From contig NZ_CAJVCE010000016.1 in the NCBI RefSeq assembly GCF_910594985.1, forward strand, positions 97,726 to 161,725: a stretch of DNA of 64,000 nt, in the 5' to 3' direction. Below, one piece after another: positions 30,578-40,249 of this stretch. The notes beneath the pieces were generated by a model. That model was given only the letters and a program-made list of their open reading frames with translations, was not told the DNA's origin and searched no databases. The position numbers and the translations under genes were made by a program. The number at the start of each line of letters is the position of its first letter. Positions within the stretch are counted from its first letter, which is position 1. Source of the DNA: Paenibacillus allorhizosphaerae. GTDB taxonomy: Bacteria; Bacillota; Bacilli; Paenibacillales; NBRC-103111.

Positions 30578-32384
30578 TGCTGATTCACTCCCATTTGAGG
30601 TAGAATTTTTCACGGGTGCTACACCATCCAGCACTCAAAAGGTAGCTGAGTTTTGGAGCCGCGGCGCGGTTTCGCCAAAGTCGATTGACCATTTGGTGAG
30701 TATAAAAGAGGGAGTCCAAATCGGTGCCCGGTTGTTTGCTAAAGATGGCTTTGAAAAAGATGACAAGGCTAGACTTGTCATCCAAAGCGGTACCTATGAT
30801 GAAGAAGGAAAGCAAATCGAAATTAACATTCACATCACAAGCCAAGGGACCATGGAGTACATCTTTAACCATGAGCGAAATCAGATTTTCCCTTGGCGGC
30901 TTGGGGTTTATTTTTTTGATGTTCATTTTGGTGATGCGATTTACAGTTCTGCGATCTTTGTATCTCCCATCCACTTATCTACAAGTCAGGTTCAGTATAT
31001 GCATCTGCTTTTGGAGCAGGAAGTTGAAGGGATTTGCTATGATCTGATCTATACATCCAAGTCTACCGGCAATGAACATGAATTTTTGAACTCCAAATCG
31101 TATTACGACTATGTGCTTCGGCTGATGAACGAAAAGCACAATATCGATGCGGCTCTTTACGCACTCCAGCGAAATTTGATTACCCAGGTCAAAACAGACT
31201 ATCAGGAAGGTCCTTCAGAAAAAAAAGTTGATCATAAGAGCCTGCGCTGGAAAGCAGTGCGGGGTGAGTCATTCAGCTTAAACAAGAAAAAAAACCTCAC
31301 CTGTGACATTCCGGCTAACCAGTGGATTAAACACGTCCTGTTATTTTGGAAGCAAGATCTTGCTTATATTGAAAAAGATATAGATGAGGACTGTAAGCAG
31401 CTTCAGCTGCTCATCCGCTCCAAGGAAGAGGAGAAGCGTTCCAACGAGGAAAGAAAGCGGAATTGGTGGAATGATCGAGAACTTTCCCAAGAATCAAGGG
31501 ACTCTATGAAATCGATCATGCATCGAATTGAGGACGACATCAAAAAAGCGGAACGACAGCTCAACATCTTGACCCGCTGGAATCAGCTCGTAAAAAACCT
31601 TATTGGTCGTTTTGGATATCTACTTTCTTCCACTGAACTGTCTATCGTCACAAGAGCCCGGAGCAAGCCACAGTTGAAGGATCAAAATTACCGGAAGCTA
31701 ACCGAGCTCTATGAAAAAAGCAGCACTTTACTGATCGGAAACAGCAAGAGCAATCATGTGGTTCCTATTTTAAAGCCGACTTGGAAAATTTACGAGCAGT
31801 TTGTCTATTTCCAAGTCATAGATATCCTGCGCAAATGCGGTTTTTCGGTTCGACCTTGCTGCGATGTGGAGAGTCTGCGCGATATGGCATCGGGTCATTG
31901 CATAGAACTTGAAGATGATGAAACCATCTTGCATGTATGGTATGACAAGCATGTCTATATCAAAGAAGATGCTGTTGCCTCAGGCGATATGTTTTTTTCC
32001 TCCAGGCTGATTCAACCGGATATCCGCATTGATATGTACAAAAAAGAACAACGACCGGTGTTTCTGTCTACACTCGCAATGGATGCCAAACACCGCCGAT
32101 ATAAATCGCTACATAATGAAAATTTTACAAGCAATGTTTCTTCACAGATGTTACGATACGCTCAAATTTTTTACCGCGGCGAATACACCGCCGCAAGCCG
32201 CCGACGCCCGGTAGTCAGCAGCGTGCTATGCGTTTATTCACGGGATAGCGAAGCGCCGATCAAAAAAGAGGAATTGCCTATTGTTTTTATCCAGCTCTTC
32301 CCGGAAATCGATCACGACCAATTGACTGGATATAAAGAACTCATGGGAGAAATTCATGAGTGGCTGAAGGAATATGTGGATTAG
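30567..32384 (+). CDS. McrC/DUF2357-like PD-(D/E)xK nuclease partner.
   Basis: 605-aa ORF overlapping the upstream AAA+ gene by 11 bp. The C-terminal motif QPDIRIDMY...LAMDAKHRRY fits PD-x(n)-D-x-K. An operon terminator lies at 32590-32624. Confidence 0.55.
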   Translation: MRYNADSLPFEVEFFTGATPSSTQKVAEFWSRGAVSPKSIDHLVSIKEGVQIGARLFAKDGFEKDDKARLVIQSGTYDEEGKQIEINIHITSQGTMEYIFNHERNQIFPWRLGVYFFDVHFGDAIYSSAIFVSPIHLSTSQVQYMHLLLEQEVEGICYDLIYTSKSTGNEHEFLNSKSYYDYVLRLMNEKHNIDAALYALQRNLITQVKTDYQEGPSEKKVDHKSLRWKAVRGESFSLNKKKNLTCDIPANQWIKHVLLFWKQDLAYIEKDIDEDCKQLQLLIRSKEEEKRSNEERKRNWWNDRELSQESRDSMKSIMHRIEDDIKKAERQLNILTRWNQLVKNLIGRFGYLLSSTELSIVTRARSKPQLKDQNYRKLTELYEKSSTLLIGNSKSNHVVPILKPTWKIYEQFVYFQVIDILRKCGFSVRPCCDVESLRDMASGHCIELEDDETILHVWYDKHVYIKEDAVASGDMFFSSRLIQPDIRIDMYKKEQRPVFLSTLAMDAKHRRYKSLHNENFTSNVSSQMLRYAQIFYRGEYTAASRRRPVVSSVLCVYSRDSEAPIKKEELPIVFIQLFPEIDHDQLTGYKELMGEIHEWLKEYVD

Positions 32385-32589
32385 CCCAATGGGAGGTTAT
32401 TAACTATGGCGGAAACCTTAGAGAAAGCGGGCAACTCACAGAAGATCACGAGAGAAGGAAAAAGTGAAACGAAAAGAAGAAAAAGAAAACGCAAAGAATA
32501 GCGTATGCCACTCGATTGAGCATGAATTACGAACAAAACATCGGGTCGGAGGAAAAACAAAGTCATTAAAAGTACTTTATCGTAAATCA

Positions 32590-32624
32590 GGACAGCCGGC
32601 CAGATCAATCGGCTGCCTTTTTTA
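32590..32624 (+). terminator. Rho-independent terminator after the McrBC-like operon.
   Basis: ACAGCCGgccagatcaatCGGCTG followed by CCTTTTTT. Confidence 0.65.
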
Positions 32625-32719
32625 CGATACTTTTACTCATAATTGAAGTTTCTCTTCGAGCGGCCTGCCCGCTTGATGCTGAAGCGCTCCCGCGGGATAT
32701 ATACAAAAGTTTTGAAGAG

Positions 32720-34165
32720 GTGACAATATTGAAACGTGTTTCCTTAATCGAATACGAAAAGCCACGCATTTTAGCAGTTGATTTTACTTCAGAGCAAGTT
32801 AATCGAATACAAAATGCCGGTTATCAGGTGTTACGTGCGTCAAGTGGTGTTTTAGTTGATTCGGCGGGTCAATATTCCATTCCTTGCTCTATTCATGATG
32901 TGGACATCTGCTTAATCCATTTGAGAGATAATTCTTTTCGAACCTCAAAAAACAGAGTACGGGCAGATACTTCAATTGAAGCTTCTCCCTGCTTCCAAGC
33001 CTTATTGCAATCAGTGTGGGATAGAAGTGGATATACAATAGTTTTCATTGATGAAAAGACCCATCCTCTTGAATTCGATGAAATAGGTATTCTTAATCTT
33101 GGTGTTATTGATATTGACCGGGTTTATCATCCAAGCTCTGTTTCTTCTGTGAATAGGAAGCATGCGACTATTTCGTTTCCATTGTTTAAAGGACAAGACC
33201 TTTTAATAAATACTAACAACCCTATTGGTATAATCTATGACCATTACAAATCTTACGCTCAACATAAAGTTATCTCTGTTAGCAAAGATATTCAATTCAG
33301 CAATAATAATGAACCAATTTATGATTTTTTGCATGATTGGGTTGTCGTAAATGGTGGAAATAAGCGAGAAGCATTATGTCTTGAAGTACGAAAAATCGAT
33401 CATGATGGTAAACAAGTCAGCGGCATCGCGATACTGCCAAGTTTCGGTGATAAAACAGCTGATGTAAGTATTCAAATAATAAGAGATCATGTCGCCAGTA
33501 TATCACCAAGTCTGTTTTCTAAATCACCGCAAAGCTGGGTCGAAAATTATAAGCCTTTGCCGGTGACGAAAATTGAACAAGAATTGGATGCATTTGTAGA
33601 AGATGCAAAGAGGAAAATTATTGAATTTGAAAGGAACATTGAAATCACACACGAAAATTATGAGTGGCTCGACAGGCTACTAATTGGCGAAGGCGATGAA
33701 TTTTCAAAAGCGGTTCAACAATCTTTGGTATTTTTGGGATTTAAAGTTATTGACGTGGATAGCCTTCCAACAACAGGAAATGCAAAGAGAGAAGATTTTC
33801 GAATAGAAGATGCGGCCGATGCATTCTTTGCCATAGGCGAGGCAAAGGCCACGAAGCGTGGAGCGAATAACGATATGGTCATGGATATACTCTCTCATAA
33901 AGCGCGGTATATGAGTGAGTTTAAAGTTTATGATTTGTCTGCCTTCTTATTTATTAATCACTCTAATCTATTGGAACCGTCTAAGCGACATGACTTTTAT
34001 AAAAGAGAAGACTATCGAAGCCGATTGAAAGAAAACAAAATATCTGCTATCGATTCCTGCTATTTACATAATCTTTGCCAGCGAGTTTTAGGTGGAGAAA
34101 TAAATGAACAAGAAGCAAGGGATCTTTTAAAACAAAACCATCCAGTCCTCAGTCTTCAAAAGTGA
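32720..34165 (+). CDS. Hypothetical protein with a possible PD-(D/E)xK nuclease motif.
   Basis: 481-aa ORF with a GTG/TTG start. The C-terminal segment is REDFRIEDAADAFFAIGEAKATKRG (D...EAK). The N-terminal ~330 aa are unassigned. The gene lies inside the repeat-bracketed island. Confidence 0.4.
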   Translation: MTILKRVSLIEYEKPRILAVDFTSEQVNRIQNAGYQVLRASSGVLVDSAGQYSIPCSIHDVDICLIHLRDNSFRTSKNRVRADTSIEASPCFQALLQSVWDRSGYTIVFIDEKTHPLEFDEIGILNLGVIDIDRVYHPSSVSSVNRKHATISFPLFKGQDLLINTNNPIGIIYDHYKSYAQHKVISVSKDIQFSNNNEPIYDFLHDWVVVNGGNKREALCLEVRKIDHDGKQVSGIAILPSFGDKTADVSIQIIRDHVASISPSLFSKSPQSWVENYKPLPVTKIEQELDAFVEDAKRKIIEFERNIEITHENYEWLDRLLIGEGDEFSKAVQQSLVFLGFKVIDVDSLPTTGNAKREDFRIEDAADAFFAIGEAKATKRGANNDMVMDILSHKARYMSEFKVYDLSAFLFINHSNLLEPSKRHDFYKREDYRSRLKENKISAIDSCYLHNLCQRVLGGEINEQEARDLLKQNHPVLSLQK

Positions 34166-34563
34166 GAGGAACAAGATTCAAAGCGCATATGTTTGTGTCG
34201 CGGTGTGACGACACAAACATATGCGCTTAATCGTTTTGCGACACCAACATATGCGCATAATTGCGGTTGGCTTTCCGTACATCGAAAGTAGCAGCTTAGT
34301 TAACGGAGTACGTTTGTATGGAGCTGCACTATCGGCCAGCCGGGCATGATAGCGTAAAAACCAGTGTTTAGTAACGTAAAGGTTGCCGGACGACACGGCG
34401 GCCCCGGGTTATTATGATAGTGGATCCCAAAGTATCCAATATGAAAAGTGATGGTTCAATATTGACTACAATGAATATATTTATTAGATCTGGAATAAAA
34501 GGTATTTAGTCAGTAATTGTTGAAATACTAGTAGTCATTTTTGATAGGGAATGAGGAACATAT

Positions 34564-35523
34564 ATGACGTTGATTCGGACTTTCACTGAAGGTGACGAAA
34601 TTACCGGCTTTTACTTACTAAAGAAAGCTGATTTAAAACAAACAAACGCCAGTCCACCAAAAGAATATTTTGATTTCGTAATTGCCGATACAAGTGGAGA
34701 AATTCCGGCCAAGATGTGGGAAGTTTCTTCAGCCGACAAAGAGACATATTTCCCGATGATGCTAGTTAAGGTAAACGGTCTTGTTCAAATGTACCGGGAG
34801 AAGCCGCAGCTGAAAATAATGAGGATTCGCAAAGCGACTGAAGAAGACGGGTATTCATTAACGGATTTCGTAAGATCCGCACCGATACAGCCGATCGATT
34901 TGGTTCACATAATAAAGAAGACGGCATCCAGTATCCAAGATGGTGATATTCAGAGTATTGTTCAGTTCTGTATAGCAAAAGTTGAAGAAAAACTCATGCA
35001 TTATCCTGCGGCGAAAGGGATGCATCATGCTTATTATGCCGGCTTAGCATATCACATCTGCCGCATGCTCGAACTCGGTGAATTCGTAGCAAAGCAGCGT
35101 CCGTTCCTTAACCAAGATTTAATCAAAGCCGGTATTATATTGCATGATATTGCCAAGCCTGAAGAAATGATTTCTGAGCTTGGGGTCGTGACAGACTACA
35201 GCTTAAGGGGGAAACTACTGGGCCACATTTCCATGGCGGCTAACTGGATCACTGAAGCAACTGTAGCAATGGGTATGGATACGACCAGTGAGAAGCTCGT
35301 GGTTCTTCAGCATTTGGTTCTGTCCCATCACAATTTAGGAGAATGGGGAAGTCCGGTTCAACCGCAAGTCCCGGAAGCCGTGGCCTTACACTACATCGAT
35401 CAATTGGATGCAAAACTGCAGGCAGTAGAAGATGCACTTGATACAATGCCAGATAACGAATCATGGACGGCTCCAATTCGAGTTATTGAAAACAAATCGA
35501 TCTATCGGGTGAAACGTGACTAA
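34564..35523 (+). CDS. YhaM-like 3'-5' exonuclease (OB-fold plus HD domain).
   Basis: HD-domain motifs are present (HHAYYAGLAYHICRML, ILHDIAKPEE, SHHNLGEWGSP). An N-terminal OB-fold-like region is present. Size of 319 aa matches YhaM. Confidence 0.65.
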   Translation: MTLIRTFTEGDEITGFYLLKKADLKQTNASPPKEYFDFVIADTSGEIPAKMWEVSSADKETYFPMMLVKVNGLVQMYREKPQLKIMRIRKATEEDGYSLTDFVRSAPIQPIDLVHIIKKTASSIQDGDIQSIVQFCIAKVEEKLMHYPAAKGMHHAYYAGLAYHICRMLELGEFVAKQRPFLNQDLIKAGIILHDIAKPEEMISELGVVTDYSLRGKLLGHISMAANWITEATVAMGMDTTSEKLVVLQHLVLSHHNLGEWGSPVQPQVPEAVALHYIDQLDAKLQAVEDALDTMPDNESWTAPIRVIENKSIYRVKRD

Positions 35524-35797
35524 AAGGCGTTCGCGGCGGTAGCATAGGCGACGGTATCGCCTGCAGCGTCTCTTCGGAGGGTGCTTTGTCTTTTATTTGA
35601 ATACTCTTGCCTGGCTCTTAAAGCAGCTCAACAAAAATAAACCCGCTCCATATCAATGAGGCGGGTTCTTCGTGTACAAAGAAAAGAGGGCGGACTATTG
35701 GATACAACGTTTGGATTGATAATATAGTGCTAAAGATGCAGGAAATATTTTCTACCCACCGAATAAGTATTTTATTGTCGATAGGGGGTATTTCCAT

Positions 35798-36397
35798 ATG
35801 CCGTTTTTCAAAATAGCCGACCGTTATGCTTTTCTTCATATTGAGAACTACAATAAGTTAAACGAAATTGCATTAAAAGATAAAACAGCTAAATGGCGGT
35901 TCGACAGTCATGTCCATGGCAGGAAAGAGGCTAATGAAGCCCAGAAGCTTAGGGAAAAAACACTGCATCACTTGTATAAGACATCATCCAGTTTCGTTGA
36001 CTTCTACTGTGAGTGGATTCACTTTGATCTTTCGGATCGAGATTTGATTAATCATGAGGTACCTTTTCTTTTATACGATTATGGCTGTATTAATGAATTT
36101 TTCGCCTATAGGAAGGTAAAGGAAGGTATACAAGAGGAGCTGTTCCCTGATCTTTACTATGATAAAGATGCAACATATCAGCTTTATCTCATTACCACAA
36201 ACAAGAAATTGTTTGGCAAACAGGAGCAGCACATCATCTTCTCGACCATGATAAACACCAATGAAATCATTTCGATCACAGGTGAACTAAAGGAATTTAT
36301 TATCGAGCTGCCAACATCTTATATTATTTGCAGCGAGTATTTAAAAGTGGTACAGAAACAACAAGTTTGCGTTGTAAAGGATGGTAAAACTTCATGA
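35798..36397 (+). CDS. Hypothetical protein, gene 1 of a two-gene cassette.
   Basis: 199-aa ORF with a GGGGG RBS. Its stop overlaps the start of the next gene (ATGA). No motifs recognised. Confidence 0.4.
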   Translation: MPFFKIADRYAFLHIENYNKLNEIALKDKTAKWRFDSHVHGRKEANEAQKLREKTLHHLYKTSSSFVDFYCEWIHFDLSDRDLINHEVPFLLYDYGCINEFFAYRKVKEGIQEELFPDLYYDKDATYQLYLITTNKKLFGKQEQHIIFSTMINTNEIISITGELKEFIIELPTSYIICSEYLKVVQKQQVCVVKDGKTS

Positions 36398-37122
36398 ATA
36401 TCGATTGGGGAACATTTTTTGTTTCAGTACCCACTACGCTTGTTATTGTCGGAGGATTCTTTAAGCTCGCAGTCAATTCTTTTATAGATAACAAATTTAA
36501 AGAAAGACTTGAAACTCATAAGAAGGAATTACAGTTGATTGTGGAAGCTAACAAATTTGATTATCAAAGAAAGATCGCTGATTTTAATTTGTATACAGCT
36601 AAAAGGCATGAATCATATATGGATTTATATGATAAGGTCTTGTTGGCCGATGGTTATATCCGTTCTTTAATGGGGTTTCAAAATAGACCCGATTATAGAG
36701 AGTATGGATTAGAAGACTTAGAAAAATGGCTTAAAAGCTTTAATCTATTATCAAATAAAATTGAGGAGTTTAAGAATAAATGGACTAAGACTGAAGGCGT
36801 AGATAAAACTAGAGAGAGGCAGGAACTTCATAGAGAGATTGGAAATTACATTAGAATGGTCGAGGTTCAAGTAGCGAACCTTAAACTAAGTGAGGCTAAG
36901 AACTATTTTTTATCCAAGAGGTTGTACTTTTCGGATGAGGTTATAGTGCTTACTTCAGCTATAATTGCTGATTTAAACAATTTTTCAACTAGAGTCGAAT
37001 ATCTACGCGCGCATCAGGAGCCATTTCTCGATAGGCAAAGTTTAGAACAGGCCATTGAGAACAATTTAGAATCAGTGAGAAAAAAAATAAAAGCAGAGCT
37101 AAGCGTTGGTGACTACAATTAA
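36394..37122 (+). CDS. Hypothetical membrane-anchored protein, gene 2 of the cassette.
   Basis: 242-aa ORF with an N-terminal TM helix (FFVSVPTTLVIVGGFFKLAV). The remainder is predicted helical and charged. Confidence 0.4.
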   Translation: MNIDWGTFFVSVPTTLVIVGGFFKLAVNSFIDNKFKERLETHKKELQLIVEANKFDYQRKIADFNLYTAKRHESYMDLYDKVLLADGYIRSLMGFQNRPDYREYGLEDLEKWLKSFNLLSNKIEEFKNKWTKTEGVDKTRERQELHREIGNYIRMVEVQVANLKLSEAKNYFLSKRLYFSDEVIVLTSAIIADLNNFSTRVEYLRAHQEPFLDRQSLEQAIENNLESVRKKIKAELSVGDYN

Positions 37123-37493
37123 TTCATGCTGAAAACCTTGATCAATTTTAAGAGTGTAATAAAAGAAATGACACTAAATTAGAAGAGGGGGCTGGACGGT
37201 GCCGTGCTCCCGGTCTATTATTTTAATTACGTAAAACAGCAGTTTGATGAAATAAAATCCGGCTAAGTCATTCGTATTTGATGCCATACTACTAGGATAG
37301 GAGAAATTGAGTACATTTCCGAGTAGCGTTATAGTGCCCCCATCATTTCCCTAATTATTCATACATTCCTACCGTGCCTAATTTATAGTAATACATAAAC
37401 ATTTTTCGATAATAGCACAACATTATTTCAGATTCCGATATGATACAATTCATGTAGTAAGCGCTTTCATATATAAAAAAAGGTGGGAACGCA

Positions 37494-38834
37494 ATGAAAG
37501 TATCAAACTGTTTGGCTACAATATTGGCCCTAAGTATGCTGGTTACTGCATGTTCAAGCGGCGGAACTCAAGGAACAGGAAAATCTGGCGAAAACAACAA
37601 CAAGCCCGCAGAACTTGTAAAGCGAGAGCCGACCGAAATTGTTTTCGCGTCGGAGCTGGGTAAAACTCCGGAAGATTTTGAAAAAGAAATCGGCGATCCG
37701 CTTCGAAAGAAATTCCCTTGGCTTACGGTTACTTACATTGAGCGTGGTACCGGAAAAGATATTACCGATCTTCTTACGGCCGGGACACCGCCGGATATTT
37801 ATTGGTATGTATATAATCGTTTTCCTAACAAGATTCAAAGCTTGGGCCTCGAATACGATATGACGGATCTTATCAAAAAATACAAATTCGATACGAGCCG
37901 CCTGGAATCGGCATCGCTGAAAGCTTTGGATCAGTTTACCGGCGGCAAAGGCATATATGGATTGCCGTTCGTATCCAGCACTTCTGTTATGTTTTATAAT
38001 AAGGACATTTTTAACAAATTCGGCGTACCTTATCCGAAAGACGGAATGACATGGGAGGAAGTGCTTGATTTAGCCAAAAAAATGACCCGGAACTTTGACG
38101 GGACAAGTTACCGGGGACTGGCATCATTCCACGCTTATCTTTTGAGGGAGAATCCGCAGGGCTTGAAGCCGATTGATCCGAAGACCGGGAAGGCAAGCTT
38201 GAACACGGAAGAATGGAAGAAATTATTCCAAAGCCTGCTGCGTATTTATGAAATTCCCGGCAATATGAGGCCGAAATCAAGAGCTACGAACCCGGAACTT
38301 CAAGCGTTTGCCAAAGATCAGAACATCGCGATGGCTGTATTGAACAATGACCTCAACCACGTAAAATTAATTCCCGAAGGCATGAACTGGGATGTTGTTT
38401 CCATGCCGACTTATGCGGATAAACCGAAGACGGCGGACCAAGCGTCCCCTTGGATGTACAGCATCATGTCGACAAGCAAGCAGAAGGAAGCGGCCTTTGA
38501 GGTGCTATCTTATCTGTTATCGGATGAGTTTTTATTGAATGAATCGAAGCGCGGCGTTCGCACCCCAACGACGAATGAGCAGATCAAAAAAGCGTTTGGC
38601 TCCGACTCGCCATTTTTCAAAGGCAAAAACGTAGGGGCGTACTACTATCACCAATCCGCCCAACCGCCTTCGGTGAGCGGCAATCCGCAAATCATGTCTC
38701 TAATTTTGGATGCAGACACCGTCGTTAACAATAAATTCCTCGATATCATCCTCGATGGGAAAGATATTAATACCGCGCTGCGTGAAGGGGATGAGGAAAT
38801 AAATAAGTTGATTGAAAAGGCGCAGAAAAAATAA
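37494..38834 (+). CDS. ABC-transporter extracellular solute-binding lipoprotein (family 1, sugar-type).
   Basis: Lipobox LVTAC|SSG after a signal peptide. The 446-aa length and composition are typical of SBP_bac_1. No adjacent permease genes are present. A terminator hairpin follows. Confidence 0.75.
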   Translation: MKVSNCLATILALSMLVTACSSGGTQGTGKSGENNNKPAELVKREPTEIVFASELGKTPEDFEKEIGDPLRKKFPWLTVTYIERGTGKDITDLLTAGTPPDIYWYVYNRFPNKIQSLGLEYDMTDLIKKYKFDTSRLESASLKALDQFTGGKGIYGLPFVSSTSVMFYNKDIFNKFGVPYPKDGMTWEEVLDLAKKMTRNFDGTSYRGLASFHAYLLRENPQGLKPIDPKTGKASLNTEEWKKLFQSLLRIYEIPGNMRPKSRATNPELQAFAKDQNIAMAVLNNDLNHVKLIPEGMNWDVVSMPTYADKPKTADQASPWMYSIMSTSKQKEAAFEVLSYLLSDEFLLNESKRGVRTPTTNEQIKKAFGSDSPFFKGKNVGAYYYHQSAQPPSVSGNPQIMSLILDADTVVNNKFLDIILDGKDINTALREGDEEINKLIEKAQKK

Positions 38835-39403
38835 TCGAGTTCAAGCCTGCTCAGCGCGGTAATCGAAATTTCAACACCGCGCCTTACAAATCAAATTCAA
38901 ACGTAAAGCGGTCGAGCAGGATGCGTCATTTTTGCTCGACCGCTTTATGTTTGCCGCCCCAATAAGAAACGGATCTAGCTTAAAAGCCCAACAGGATCGC
39001 CGTCTTATCGTCGGGGCGGATGCGGCTGCTTCGTCCCAATCTTCCATTCCAGCATGTACGGCTCGATTACCGCTCTCCAGCAATTAATGAAAAACGGCTT
39101 CATGGCTGCCTCCGGGTAAACCATTCCGTCTGAGACCCGAAACAAAAAAAAGAACGGCATATCCGCAGCACCGTCCGTTTGCCGGTTACGTTATGGATTT
39201 GCCGTTCTGCTCAGATCGGCCAGCTTATTTATCGTTTGCCAATTGCGTGTACAGCCGGCTCCCGACGATTTTCGGGGCCAGAAACACCGACATTCGTGAG
39301 GGCTTTTTTGAAAATGACGGAAAGCCCGTCGTCGTCCGAAAAGCGTGAAGAACCTGTTCCTTCTTATTTTTTTCTATTATAATAATTTGACGAATTTAAG
39401 TTT

Positions 39404-40084
39404 TCAAGCGGATTCTGATTCACTGACATAACCTAATATGGTGAGTATTTCATTACTCTTTGTAAGTATATCCGGTATTGATCTCCAATAAATTTGATTC
39501 ACACTAATTGGCTCTGCAAATCCATCAAAATGCGGTGAATCTAAAAAAAATCTGTAACCTAGATCATTGAAGTTTGCTTGACCTTTTTTTCTTATTTCAA
39601 GCTGATAGGCGTCTTCAGTAAATTTAGACTTATTATCCAGCACTTTAGTTACTTGCTGAATTAATTTCAATCTAAACACGTATGATCCATTTGAGGACGC
39701 ATAGTCTCTACCATCTACACTCTTCCACATAATTCGCTTATTAAAGTTACTGTTATTCGGTCGGTTTTTATTATACAACTCATAAAAGTGATCAACAGTA
39801 CTGAACATTATTTTATCTGTCAGTATCACATCTTCGCCTATTTTATAAATAAATTCATAGCAGCATTTGTCGTCAGGAAATGAAGATATATCGCATGCGA
39901 TTATCGAAATTAACCAAATTGATTCATAGCATACTAAACTTGCTTCAAAAAAATAAGCATCACTTGGAAGATGCGAAAGAATGCCGCGTACAATCCGTTC
40001 GCCATACTTAATTGATAGCAATTTGTCATAGTCAAGAATCCCGGAAGTTGTAACTAGATCATAAATGTCCGGCTGGTTCGACAT
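39404..40084 (-). CDS. Hypothetical protein.
   Basis: Start at the ATG with a GAGGGG RBS (MSNQPDIY...). It is AT-rich and has no recognised motifs. It lies downstream of and co-oriented with the 103-aa ORF. Confidence 0.4.
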   Translation of the reverse strand: MSNQPDIYDLVTTSGILDYDKLLSIKYGERIVRGILSHLPSDAYFFEASLVCYESIWLISIIACDISSFPDDKCCYEFIYKIGEDVILTDKIMFSTVDHFYELYNKNRPNNSNFNKRIMWKSVDGRDYASSNGSYVFRLKLIQQVTKVLDNKSKFTEDAYQLEIRKKGQANFNDLGYRFFLDSPHFDGFAEPISVNQIYWRSIPDILTKSNEILTILGYVSESESA

Positions 40085-40249
40085 AAAACCCCTCACTCAC
40101 AGTACTAGATTATCAATCTACCATTATCCATTTAGTTCCTCATGACGTGAAAATCATACTTTGAGATAATATTAATTGTTATCGTAATAACTCCAAAGAA
40201 TGCTACATCAGCGATTGTGGGCATCATAAGAAAGTTTCTTTTGAGACTT

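Noticed and set aside
35618-35839. 73-aa minus-strand ORF between the yhaM-like gene and the two-gene cassette.
   Set aside because: It overlaps the terminator hairpin and the promoter/RBS region of the downstream plus-strand gene. It has no RBS and its translation is hydrophobic junk.
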